DNA of 42,003 nucleotides from contig CAZJZM010000002.1 of assembly GCA_964550485.1 (NCBI GenBank), forward strand, positions 1 to 42,003. The letters are read 5' to 3'. The DNA comes from Candidatus Micrarchaeota archaeon (GTDB taxonomy: Archaea > Micrarchaeota > Micrarchaeia > Micrarchaeales > CABMGC01). Under the pieces are notes generated by a model. It made no database searches. It was not told the origin of the DNA and was given only the letters and a program-made list of their open reading frames with translations. Position 1 is the first letter of the stretch. The number at the start of each line of letters is the position of its first letter. Positions 25,781-34,194 of this stretch are shown here, piece by piece. Position numbers and translations under genes: made by a program.

Positions 25781-28759
25781 TTGTTTTCAGTTCAGGAAAC
25801 CGCTAAACCGAAAAAACTTCAGGTCGCAATAGATTTTCTCTCTTCCTATGGCATAGCCATACTCATAGTTCTCATAGCCGTGGCGATAGCATACCAGGTC
25901 AGCATAGGCACCACCAACCTCTTCTCGTCGCAATGCACAGCCAATCCCGGATTCTCCTGCGGCTACTACAGCATAAACAACAAAGGCGTACTGACGCTGG
26001 GCCTTGCGCAGGCGACAGGAGCGGCGATAATAGTGAACGGCGTGGCGTGCTCCACCCAGGCAACCAGCAAAGGCCTTCCCGCATACGGCAACCTTTATGT
26101 TACAAGCGCCTTCAATTACTATCCATATCCCTATTCTCCGTATCCTGGGGTGACGGTACCGAGCGGCGGACAGAAAAACTTTGATCTTTACTGCTACGGA
26201 CCGACAGGAATAGAAACGACACCTTCGGCCGGAAGCTCGTTTGTAGGCTACGTCTGGATCAACTACACAATCCAAAATACAAAAATACAGAGCACGCAGC
26301 AGATTGCAGCAGTCAGCCTCGAATCCATCTCCAACGGCATCGTATCAGGAGCAATACCTGTATACTCATTAACGGAGAACACAATACCCCCAGGTGCAGG
26401 AACCGTTTCACCTGGCAGCGGAAACTTCCTCTCTGGGAATATAATATCACTTTCCCAGACTGCAAACTCGGGATATGGATTCGTTTCATGGACCTGCACC
26501 GGCGCAGGTTGCTATTCAGGAACAAACCCGATTCCAAATCTCTTCATCCTCTCCAACACGGTCGAGACCGCCACATTCAATGTAATATACACCTTCACTG
26601 AGAACGCAGTTCCTCCTACATACGGAACTGCTTTGCCTGGCAATGGCAACTATATCTCCGGAAACATGATCTCAATATCTGCAACACCAATCGGCAACAA
26701 TGTCTTTGCAAGCTGGACCTGCACCGGAACCGGCTGCTACAGCGGTCCAAGTTCCTCATACACATTTGCCATAGCAAGCAATACTGTAGAGACAGCAAAC
26801 TTCCAACCACCTCCAACATACACCTTCACTGAGAATGCATTTCCTTCTGGAGGAGGTACCCTCGGCGGCTCTGGCAATGGCAACTACGTTTCCGGAAACT
26901 TGATCTCATTCTCCGAGACTCCAAATTCCGGTTATACCTTCACCAGCTGGACCTGCACCGGAACCGGCTGCTACTCAGGAACAAATACAGTCGCGAACAT
27001 CATAATTGCATCAAACACAGTCGAGACAGCAAACTTCCAATGCGGTGGAAGTTTCATCTTCAACACGGCAGGCAGCAACACCCTTACGGTTCCATCAGGC
27101 TGCAACGGAGCAACCCTCCAGCTCTGGGGCGCCGGCGGGGGCGGCGGCAACGTTTACGCCGGAGCTGGCAGCGGTTACATAACAGGCGCTATGCCTGTAA
27201 TACCAGGGAGCACCCTTTATATTTATGTCGGCGGCGCCGGCACCTACAGTGGAGCTGCAGGCACCAACGGCGGCGGCGCAGGTGAATATAGCGGCGCCAG
27301 CGGCAACGGCGGCGCCGGCGGCTGCTCAGCAGTCAGCACTTCAGGCGGCACATGGAACAGCGTAAGCCTGAATGCCAATATATTCATAGTAGCAGCCGGC
27401 GGTGGACAAGGCGGCGCCAGCGGAGTAGGCGGTGCCGGAGGAGGCACAATCGGCTCCAACGGAGCAGGTTCCTCCTACGGTTCTGGAGGCACCCAGTCCG
27501 CCGGCGGTGCCTCGACCGTAATTTCTGGTTCTGCATTCCAAGGAGGCAACGGTAACAACGACTGGGGCGCCGGCGGCTGCGGCTACTACGGCGGCGGCAG
27601 CGCCAACGGCGGCGGAGGAGGCGGAGGCTCCAGCTGGTACAATACCGGTGCTGTTTCCAGTGTAACCGACACAGGAGGCAGCGGCCAGAATGCGGGCAAT
27701 CCTTCGGGAACCATAGGTAAAGGCGGTGCAGTCTCCGGAAACGGCAACGCAGGAGAAGTCATTGTGACATGGATAGCCGCTCCAGCAAATGCTGCCACAT
27801 ATTCATTCACAGACAACGCAGTGCCTTCTTCGGAAGGAACTGTTTCTTCAAGCAGCGGCAATTATCTCTCTGGAAGTGTTGTTCCATTCTCTGCAACTCC
27901 AAATGCCGGCTACGCTTTCGCCAGTTGGAGCTGCTCTGGAACAGGCTGCTATTCAGGACCCAATGCAGTTGCAAATGTTGTAATAACATCAAACACAGTC
28001 GAGACAGCAAACTTCCAATGCGGTGGAAGTTTCATCTTCAGCACCGCAGGCAGCAACACCTTTACACTTCCAGCAACCTGCGGCCATGCAAACCTCCAAC
28101 TTTGGGGAGCCGGCGGGGGCAGCTATCCTGGGTCCAACGGCGCAGGCGGCGGTTACATAACGGGGAATATAGCAGTAACGCCTGGAAACATTCTTTATAT
28201 TTATGTCGGCGGCGCCGGCGGAGGCTATCTTAGCGGCGGTCCAGGCACCAACGGCGGCGGCGCCGGCGCAGAAGGCGCCGGAGGATGTTCTGCGGTCAGT
28301 ACTTCTAGTGGAACATGGAACTCGGTAGGACTTAATGCAAACATACTAATAGTTGCTGCAGGAGGTGCAGGAGGATCAGGTTACGGCTCTATCAACGGCG
28401 CAGGCGGCGGCACAACCGGCTCAAACGGAGGAACAGGACACGGAGGAACACAGTCTGCTGGAGGCACAGCGGGTTCAGGCGGCGTTGCGGGTTCCGCATG
28501 GCAAGGCGGCAGCAGCAGCATCTACGGCGGCGGCGGCTGCGGCTACTTCGGTGGTGGCTCCGGCAATAACGGCGGCGGCGGCGGAGGAGGCTCCAGCTGG
28601 TACAGCACCAGTATTGTTTCCAGCGTAACTGATCTAGGGGGCAACGGAATAAATCCTGGAGGAAATACTGTAAGTGGATACTCTGCCCCTGTAGGGCAAG
28701 GTGGTGCAGGCACTGGAAACGGCAACTCAGGAGAAGTGATAATCACATCACAAAACTGA
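25781..28759 (+). CDS. type IV pilin-like (class III signal peptide) protein fused to 4 InlB-B-repeat-like modules and 2 glycine-rich (polyglycine) domains
   Basis: TTG start directly after the rps2 stop. N-terminus KPKKLQVAIDFLSSYGIAILIVLIAVAI plus C..NPGFSC. Repeat modules at about 26359-27040 and 27773-28018. Gly-rich domains at 27041-27772 and 28019-28759. Confidence 0.8.
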   Translation: MFSVQETAKPKKLQVAIDFLSSYGIAILIVLIAVAIAYQVSIGTTNLFSSQCTANPGFSCGYYSINNKGVLTLGLAQATGAAIIVNGVACSTQATSKGLPAYGNLYVTSAFNYYPYPYSPYPGVTVPSGGQKNFDLYCYGPTGIETTPSAGSSFVGYVWINYTIQNTKIQSTQQIAAVSLESISNGIVSGAIPVYSLTENTIPPGAGTVSPGSGNFLSGNIISLSQTANSGYGFVSWTCTGAGCYSGTNPIPNLFILSNTVETATFNVIYTFTENAVPPTYGTALPGNGNYISGNMISISATPIGNNVFASWTCTGTGCYSGPSSSYTFAIASNTVETANFQPPPTYTFTENAFPSGGGTLGGSGNGNYVSGNLISFSETPNSGYTFTSWTCTGTGCYSGTNTVANIIIASNTVETANFQCGGSFIFNTAGSNTLTVPSGCNGATLQLWGAGGGGGNVYAGAGSGYITGAMPVIPGSTLYIYVGGAGTYSGAAGTNGGGAGEYSGASGNGGAGGCSAVSTSGGTWNSVSLNANIFIVAAGGGQGGASGVGGAGGGTIGSNGAGSSYGSGGTQSAGGASTVISGSAFQGGNGNNDWGAGGCGYYGGGSANGGGGGGGSSWYNTGAVSSVTDTGGSGQNAGNPSGTIGKGGAVSGNGNAGEVIVTWIAAPANAATYSFTDNAVPSSEGTVSSSSGNYLSGSVVPFSATPNAGYAFASWSCSGTGCYSGPNAVANVVITSNTVETANFQCGGSFIFSTAGSNTFTLPATCGHANLQLWGAGGGSYPGSNGAGGGYITGNIAVTPGNILYIYVGGAGGGYLSGGPGTNGGGAGAEGAGGCSAVSTSSGTWNSVGLNANILIVAAGGAGGSGYGSINGAGGGTTGSNGGTGHGGTQSAGGTAGSGGVAGSAWQGGSSSIYGGGGCGYFGGGSGNNGGGGGGGSSWYSTSIVSSVTDLGGNGINPGGNTVSGYSAPVGQGGAGTGNGNSGEVIITSQN
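27009..28759 (+). repeat. intragenic tandem duplication, period 978 nt (B-repeat end + Gly-rich domain)
   Basis: A 54-nt identical run (catcaaacacagtcgagacagcaaacttccaatgcggtggaagtttcatcttca) occurs at 27009 and 27987. Colinear protein similarity continues through both units. Confidence 0.85.
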
Positions 28760-29032
28760 TCCCTTACTAACTTCCCTTTTCCTTTCGCATTTTTGCCTTC
28801 TATAAATCGAGGCGATATCTTAAATTCATCAAGCGATCCGAAGTTGTTGTTAACGCTCACGAACGTTATGTTTGCAACCAAACTCATTTCGAAGAGCTCT
28901 CCAACTCCAATGTCACCTCCTTTCTACTCGTCATCTCAAAACACCTTCCCGATCTATAGGAGAACCGGCTTATGACTGATTCCTGCTAGGTATATAAAGT
29001 TTCTTCCCGTTAATACTACGTTTGGTGTATTT

Positions 29033-29266
29033 ATGGCTACTAACCATGAGCGGCCTTTCGACCTGCTCAACAAGGCGATAGGACAGCAGGTGCTGATAAG
29101 GCTGAAGAACGGGACTGATCTCAGGGGCAAGGTCCAGTCTTTCGACGTCCACATGAACATAGTCCTGGAGAACTGTGAGGAATTGGACGAATCAGGAAGC
29201 GTCAAGACCAAGCTCGGCGTGATGCTGCTCAGGGGAGGAAACATCCTCTTCGTCTCGCCAGCATAG
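29033..29266 (+). CDS. archaeal Sm-like protein (LSm/SmAP)
   Basis: Sm1/Sm2 motifs: PFDLL......V.IRLKNG.DLRG.V.SFD.HMNIVL and MLLRGGNILFVSP. 77 aa. Confidence 0.9.
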   Translation: MATNHERPFDLLNKAIGQQVLIRLKNGTDLRGKVQSFDVHMNIVLENCEELDESGSVKTKLGVMLLRGGNILFVSPA

Positions 29267-29317
29267 TCCTCAGATACCAATCTTTTTGTATCTTTACATG
29301 GGAATATACTGACAGAT

Positions 29318-29429
29318 GGGCTTGTAGCGCAACGGCAGCGCGCCTGCATGGCATGCAGGAGGTTGCGGGTTCAAAATAAACTTCTTGGAAAAATTCATCA
29401 AGAAGTTAATGAAAATCCCGCCAAGTCCA
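29318..29429 (+). tRNA. tRNA-Ala (anticodon GGC) with a 40-nt intron in the T-loop
   Basis: Hand fold: acceptor GGGCTTG/CAAGTCC including the G3:U70 alanine identity pair, D arm GCGC-AACGGCA-GCGC, anticodon arm CCTGC-ATGGCAT-GCAGG. T stem GCGGG/CCCGC encloses TTCAAA[40 nt]T. The intron holds a perfect 9-bp hairpin. Confidence 0.8.
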
Positions 29430-29463
29430 TCTTATTTCACTATTCATCACAAAAAGGCTCAGA

Positions 29464-29901
29464 TCATTTCCTAACATATATTACCTGCTCAAATTCCTTG
29501 TAATCCTTCTTTCTCTCAACGGTCCATTCATCCGCTTTAAATTTTGGGAAAAAAACATTACCTAGATAATCTTTCTTAATATACGATAAGTACATTTTAT
29601 CTGCAAGATCTATTGCTTGTGCAAAAATCTCCCCCCCTCCAATTATAAATATCTTCCTTCCATAGGACTGAGCCTTTTTTAATGCGTCTTCCAAGTTCCT
29701 ACAGACATCGGCATCATCTATCCTATCAATTGTCCTGGTCACAACTATGGTCTTCCTTTTTTTAAGCACTCCTGTCTCCTCAAAGGTCTTCCTGCCCATT
29801 ATCAAAGTGGATCCTACTGTCGTTTTTTTGAAAAGAGCGGTTTCTTCTGGGATATGCCATATCATCCTTCCATCATTACCCATCACTCTTTTCTTAGTCA
29901 T
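29464..29901 (-). CDS. folA: dihydrofolate reductase (FolA type)
   Basis: Aligns by eye to E. coli FolA (MPW..P.D...F...T....IMGR.T.ES, IIGGG.I). The conserved first strand ISLIAA is encoded in frame upstream of the first ATG (see findings). Confidence 0.8.
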   Translation of the reverse strand: MTKKRVMGNDGRMIWHIPEETALFKKTTVGSTLIMGRKTFEETGVLKKRKTIVVTRTIDRIDDADVCRNLEDALKKAQSYGRKIFIIGGGEIFAQAIDLADKMYLSYIKKDYLGNVFFPKFKADEWTVERKKDYKEFEQVIYVRK

Positions 29902-29927
29902 TGCTGCAATTAATGAAATTATAAAAT

Positions 29928-30245
29928 CTACCTCACAGAATCTTCAAGCCATTTTAGATAAGTCTTATTTCCTTTGTTAACCTTAAAAGACAGCAATTCA
30001 GGAATCGAATATTTGTGAATTTTCTTCATTTCGTTTTCAATTTTACTGAAGTGTATATCCTTTGTCTTTATGAAGCATATCCACTCTTTTGTTTTTTTGA
30101 GTTTGCCTCTCCACTTAAAAGTGCTTTGCACAGGACCAATAATCTGAACACATCCTGCAAGTTCCTTTTCTATCAACGTATCTGCAATTCTTTCCGCGTT
30201 CTTTTTATCTGAAGTTGTAGTTATAATCTGAATAAAGCCAGCCAT
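29928..30245 (-). CDS. cutA: divalent-cation tolerance protein CutA
   Basis: 105 aa with A..IA..L.E..LA.CV.I.GP..S...W.G......E......KT pattern. Confidence 0.8.
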   Translation of the reverse strand: MAGFIQIITTTSDKKNAERIADTLIEKELAGCVQIIGPVQSTFKWRGKLKKTKEWICFIKTKDIHFSKIENEMKKIHKYSIPELLSFKVNKGNKTYLKWLEDSVR

Positions 30246-30303
30246 TTCAATCAGTTAACATAGTTGTTTTATATTATTAATATCTTATTATCCTGTAGAT
30301 CTT

Positions 30304-31284
30304 ATGCCTGTCATAGGCCTTGAAAGCAGCGCCCACACCTTCGGAGTCGGCATTGTCGACAACGGCAAAGTCATCGCCAATGAGAAAGCCATGTATAAAA
30401 TAGGCACAACCGGAATGATTCCTGCCAAAGTAGCAGAATTTCACATAGACAACTCAGAAGAGGTAATAAGTAGAGCTATTGCTGCGGCAGGAATAAGCGC
30501 AAGCGAAATCGAAGGCATTGGATATACTATGGGACCAGGCCTTGGCCCCTGTCTCCAGGTCGCCCAACTCTCTGCAAAGATGCTTGCTAAGAAACTTGAT
30601 TTGAAAATAGCGGCAGTTAACCACTGCGTTGCCCATGCGGAGATAACAAGGCACTATGGCAAACTCAAGGATCCGATAATGCTATATGTGAGTGGTGGGA
30701 ATTCCCAGATACTTACGATTGAGGATAAGCCTTTTAGACATTATTCTGTTGCAGGAGAGACCTTTGACATAGGAATCGGCAACATGCTTGACTCCTTCGC
30801 AAGAAATCTCAAACTCAATCCCGCTTGGGGCTCAAGCATAGAAAAACATTCAAAAGGAGGGAAGTATTTGCAACTTCCTTATACTGTAAAAGGTATGGAT
30901 TTCTCATTTACAGGACTTCTGACCAGGGCCACAGAACTGATAGGGAAGAATGACATAGCAGACCTTTGTTTTTCACTACAGGAAACCGCGTTTTCTGCGC
31001 TCTGCGAAGCGACAGAACGCGCCATGCTTCTCAAAAACAAAAGGGAAATAGGCATATGCGGAGGAGTTGCCCAAAACAAGAGACTCCGCTCAATGCTCAA
31101 TCAAGTGGCAATCGAACATAAAAGCAGATTCAGTTATGCTCCGGACGAATTCAATGCGGATAACGGTGCGATGATAGCGTTTGTTGCTGAGAGAATGTTG
31201 GAGGACGGAATGTCTACGCCAATCAATAAATGCGAAATAAAACAAAGATACAGGGCGGATACGGCAAGGTTGCCTAGGGATTAA
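30304..31284 (+). CDS. kae1: tRNA N6-adenosine threonylcarbamoyltransferase Kae1
   Basis: GLESSAHTFGVGIV, VNHC.AH and YVSGGNSQ motifs. 326 aa. Followed by bud32. Confidence 0.9.
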   Translation: MPVIGLESSAHTFGVGIVDNGKVIANEKAMYKIGTTGMIPAKVAEFHIDNSEEVISRAIAAAGISASEIEGIGYTMGPGLGPCLQVAQLSAKMLAKKLDLKIAAVNHCVAHAEITRHYGKLKDPIMLYVSGGNSQILTIEDKPFRHYSVAGETFDIGIGNMLDSFARNLKLNPAWGSSIEKHSKGGKYLQLPYTVKGMDFSFTGLLTRATELIGKNDIADLCFSLQETAFSALCEATERAMLLKNKREIGICGGVAQNKRLRSMLNQVAIEHKSRFSYAPDEFNADNGAMIAFVAERMLEDGMSTPINKCEIKQRYRADTARLPRD

Positions 31285-31285
31285 G

Positions 31286-31873
31286 ATGATTCAAATAAAC
31301 GAAGGAGCAGAGGCCAAGATCTACAAAACTGAGATATTAGGCAAAGAGATGGTGCTCAAACGCAGAGAGACCAAGAAATACCGAGTAAAGGAGTTAGATG
31401 AAAAACTGAGGAAGGAACGAACCAGAACGGAAGCGAGGATAATAACAAGACTCTCAGGTTCAGGAATCAAGGTCCCGCGGATAGCTGCGATAGGGCTCTT
31501 TTCTATATACATGGAAAAACTTTCCGGCAAGCTATTGAAAGACCTGAAACCCACAGTCAAACAGATGACTGAAGCTGGAGAATTGCTCGCAAGAATGCAT
31601 GAAGTCAATGTAGCCCATGGAGATTTCACTCCGGCAAACCTCATGCTCTGCAATAACCAGCTTTACGTGATAGACTTCGGCCTCTCTGAAGTCACAAACA
31701 GTTCCGAAGAAAAGGCTCTCGATCTTCTCCTGATGAAAAGATCTGTCTCCCCTAAACTCTATTCTATATTCGAGAACTCGTATCGCAACTCTCTCGGCAA
31801 GTCAACTGAGATAATAAATCGTCTAAAGGAAATAGAAAAAAGGGGAAGGTACCAGACAAGAACGCTCGCCTGA
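31286..31873 (+). CDS. bud32: Kae1-associated kinase Bud32
   Basis: GAEAKIYK, HGDFTPANLM and VIDFGLS kinase motifs. 195 aa. Starts 2 nt after the kae1 stop. Confidence 0.85.
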   Translation: MIQINEGAEAKIYKTEILGKEMVLKRRETKKYRVKELDEKLRKERTRTEARIITRLSGSGIKVPRIAAIGLFSIYMEKLSGKLLKDLKPTVKQMTEAGELLARMHEVNVAHGDFTPANLMLCNNQLYVIDFGLSEVTNSSEEKALDLLLMKRSVSPKLYSIFENSYRNSLGKSTEIINRLKEIEKRGRYQTRTLA

Positions 31874-33121
31874 CTAAGTGCCCACTTCCCACTCATTCAT
31901 GTACTTCTTCTGCTCATCGGTAAGCTTGTCTATCTCGATGCCCATCGAGCTCAGTTTCTGCTTCGCTACCTTCTCGTCCAATTCAGTGAAGACGTCATAG
32001 ACCTTAGGACTGAGCTTCTTGTAATTCTCCGCTATGTAGACTGCCGCCAATGCCTGGTTGCAAAAGCTCATGTCCATGACCTCGCTTGGATGACCTTCAG
32101 CGGCTCCTAGGTTTACTAGTCTGCCCTCGGCAAGCAGATAGACGCTCCTTCCATTGTCGAGCTTGTATTCCACAGTGTTCTTCCTTATCTCCTTCTTGGC
32201 CTTGGCCATCCTCTCAAGGCCCTCAACGTCTATCTCGACGTCGAAATGGCCCGAATTGCAGAGTATTGCGCCGTTTTTCATCTTCCTAATGTGTGCGGTT
32301 GTTATGGTCCCTTTGTTTCCTGTGGCGGTAACGAAGATCTCTCCGACTCCGGCAGCCTTCTCAACCGTCATTACCTCAAATCCGTCCATTGTGGCTTCGA
32401 GGGCCCTGAATGGGTCAACCTCGGTGACTATTACCCTGGCGCCGAAACCATTGAGCCTCATGGCTATCCCCCTTCCAACCCATCCGTAACCCACCACAAC
32501 CGCGCACTTTCCCGCGATGAGTATGTTCGTAGCTCTAAGTATTCCATCGATGGTGCTCTGGCCGGTCCCATACCTGTTGTCGAACAGGTATTTCGTCTTG
32601 GCGTTGTTGACTGCGATGACTGGATACCTGAGCTTGCCGTTCTTGTCAAGCACCTTGAGCCTGTTCACTCCTGTAGTTGTCTCCTCTGTACCTCCGAGTA
32701 TCTTGAGCTCCTTGTGCTTTCCATGAGCGGCCGCATGCAAGTCGGCTCCGTCATCCATGAGTATGTCTGGCTTTATGCTCAGGATGCTCTCCATGTTCTT
32801 GTAATAGTCCTCGTTGCTCTGGCCCCTCCAGGCGAAGACCGAGATTCCCTCCTTTGCCAGCGCAGCCGCTATGTCGTCCTGCGTTGAGAGCGGATTCGAT
32901 CCAGCAAGATAGACGGTCGCTCCGGCCTCCTTGAGAGTCCTGGCAAGGATTCCGGTCTCCTTTGTCACGTGAAGGACGGCGGCTATCCTGAGCCCCTTGA
33001 GCGGTTTCCTCTTGCCAAGCTCCTTTCCTATCTCCATGAGTGCGGGCATGTGAAGCTCAGCCCAAGCCAATTGCCTCTCGCCCTGCTCAGCAAGACTAAT
33101 ATCCCTGACCTTATAATCCAT
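31874..33121 (-). CDS. ahcY: adenosylhomocysteinase
   Basis: 415 aa with Y.V.DISLA..G......AE..MP.L, DDGADL and NAD-binding GYGWVGRG motifs. Confidence 0.95.
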   Translation of the reverse strand: MDYKVRDISLAEQGERQLAWAELHMPALMEIGKELGKRKPLKGLRIAAVLHVTKETGILARTLKEAGATVYLAGSNPLSTQDDIAAALAKEGISVFAWRGQSNEDYYKNMESILSIKPDILMDDGADLHAAAHGKHKELKILGGTEETTTGVNRLKVLDKNGKLRYPVIAVNNAKTKYLFDNRYGTGQSTIDGILRATNILIAGKCAVVVGYGWVGRGIAMRLNGFGARVIVTEVDPFRALEATMDGFEVMTVEKAAGVGEIFVTATGNKGTITTAHIRKMKNGAILCNSGHFDVEIDVEGLERMAKAKKEIRKNTVEYKLDNGRSVYLLAEGRLVNLGAAEGHPSEVMDMSFCNQALAAVYIAENYKKLSPKVYDVFTELDEKVAKQKLSSMGIEIDKLTDEQKKYMNEWEVGT

Positions 33122-33144
33122 CGAACCATCTGAAGCAGTAAAAA

Positions 33145-33273
33145 TCAGAGTTCTCCTACCCTTCTCTTCTGAGCCCTCTTTACCCTCTTCCTTCTCTTCT
33201 TAACCCACTTCCATCTCATCCTTCCCTTCTTCTTCCATTTCCTAGGTATGCTTCCCAAAGTGAACACCAACAT
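33145..33273 (-). CDS. rpl41e: 50S ribosomal protein L41e-like small basic protein (not in the ORF track)
   Basis: Hand-translated 42-aa [45 protein letters not shown]. The RKWKKK.RMR..K.KRRK core resembles eL41. It ends 23 nt upstream of the ahcY start on the same strand. Confidence 0.55.
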   Translation of the reverse strand: MLVFTLGSIPRKWKKKGRMRWKWVKKRRKRVKRAQKRRVGEL

Positions 33274-33350
33274 TATCTCCTTTAATTAAGCACCATTACA
33301 TTTATATTATATTAGCTACAAATACTCCCTATAGCGATATCCGTGATTCT

Positions 33351-34190
33351 ATGAACAAGAAAGCCGTGGCAGCATTTGTCATAATCCTAATACTCCTTCT
33401 GGGCGTTTTCTACTTCACTCTTCTCAGGAACAAGTCCACAGGGCCAACGATAATAATAATAAAAAACAAGCCAACGACTAACAATTCAATCAGTCCGTCG
33501 ACCAACACAATCACCCAAATAACCAATAAAACACCAACCCCTCCTTCCAATACACTCACACAGCCAAACACCACCCCAAACAAGACCATGACAACCTACT
33601 GCATCTCTTCTAGCGGAACGGTTGCGATACCAAACGGTAATTTCGGCACCGGAACCTATGCGGACTGGAACATCACCGGCCAAGGGTTCCTTAACGGATC
33701 AGGAAAGCCAGTTCCAACCAACCTGGCAGTCGCCAATGCAAACGACGGATATTCCGGAAGCAAATGGTCCAATTACAACGGCAGCTTCTTCGCATCAACC
33801 TACCATGGAGGAATCTCGCTAAGCCCGGGAAACCTAACCTCCAATCCATTCGAAGTACAAGAGCCATACCTAAACTTCAGGATAAGTTCCGCGGCAAGCT
33901 CCCTGCTCTACGTTGAACTGCTCTACAATGGGAAACCAGTCATCATAAACCACTACGACACCCTTAACGCAAGCGGCAACACCAATCCACAAAGCACATT
34001 CGTGAACGCCACCATGCCTCTGCTCAACTTTGTCTGCAAGAATGTGAGCGTAAGGGTCATCTCAGGCGTAGTAGGTTCGATATCCACCAAATACGACTTC
34101 ATTGCCGTCGGCGACTTTGTCCAGAGCAAGAGCGCACTAAACACCCCCGGCATACAAATAAACAGCACGGTGGTAGGTAGTACTTCCTAA
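33351..34190 (+). CDS. hypothetical secreted/surface protein (N-terminal anchor, Thr/Pro/Asn-rich linker, beta-sandwich-like domain)
   Basis: N-terminal helix AAFVIILILLLGVFYFTLL and a TNxT-rich linker. GNFGTGTYADWNITGQGF recalls ConA-like or GH32-associated beta-sandwich modules. Many sequons. Confidence 0.55.
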   Translation: MNKKAVAAFVIILILLLGVFYFTLLRNKSTGPTIIIIKNKPTTNNSISPSTNTITQITNKTPTPPSNTLTQPNTTPNKTMTTYCISSSGTVAIPNGNFGTGTYADWNITGQGFLNGSGKPVPTNLAVANANDGYSGSKWSNYNGSFFASTYHGGISLSPGNLTSNPFEVQEPYLNFRISSAASSLLYVELLYNGKPVIINHYDTLNASGNTNPQSTFVNATMPLLNFVCKNVSVRVISGVVGSISTKYDFIAVGDFVQSKSALNTPGIQINSTVVGSTS

Positions 34191-34194
34191 GTGT

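Noticed and set aside
25787-28887. Multiple antisense and alternate-frame ORFs inside the pilin-like/Gly-rich gene (for example 25787-26275 minus, 27244-27459 minus, 27586-27861 minus, 27769-28233 plus, 28543-28887 minus)
   Set aside because: They translate GGN/GCN-rich repeats into Pro/Arg/Ala low-complexity strings. They have no independent starts or motifs and are artefacts of biased composition.
29441-29452. GUGAUGA C-box-like heptamer on the minus strand, downstream of tRNA-Ala
   Set aside because: There is no CUGA D' or D box at the 12-nt spacing and no C' box, and it runs into the antisense of the tRNA. This contrasts with the complete box set at 38380-38429.
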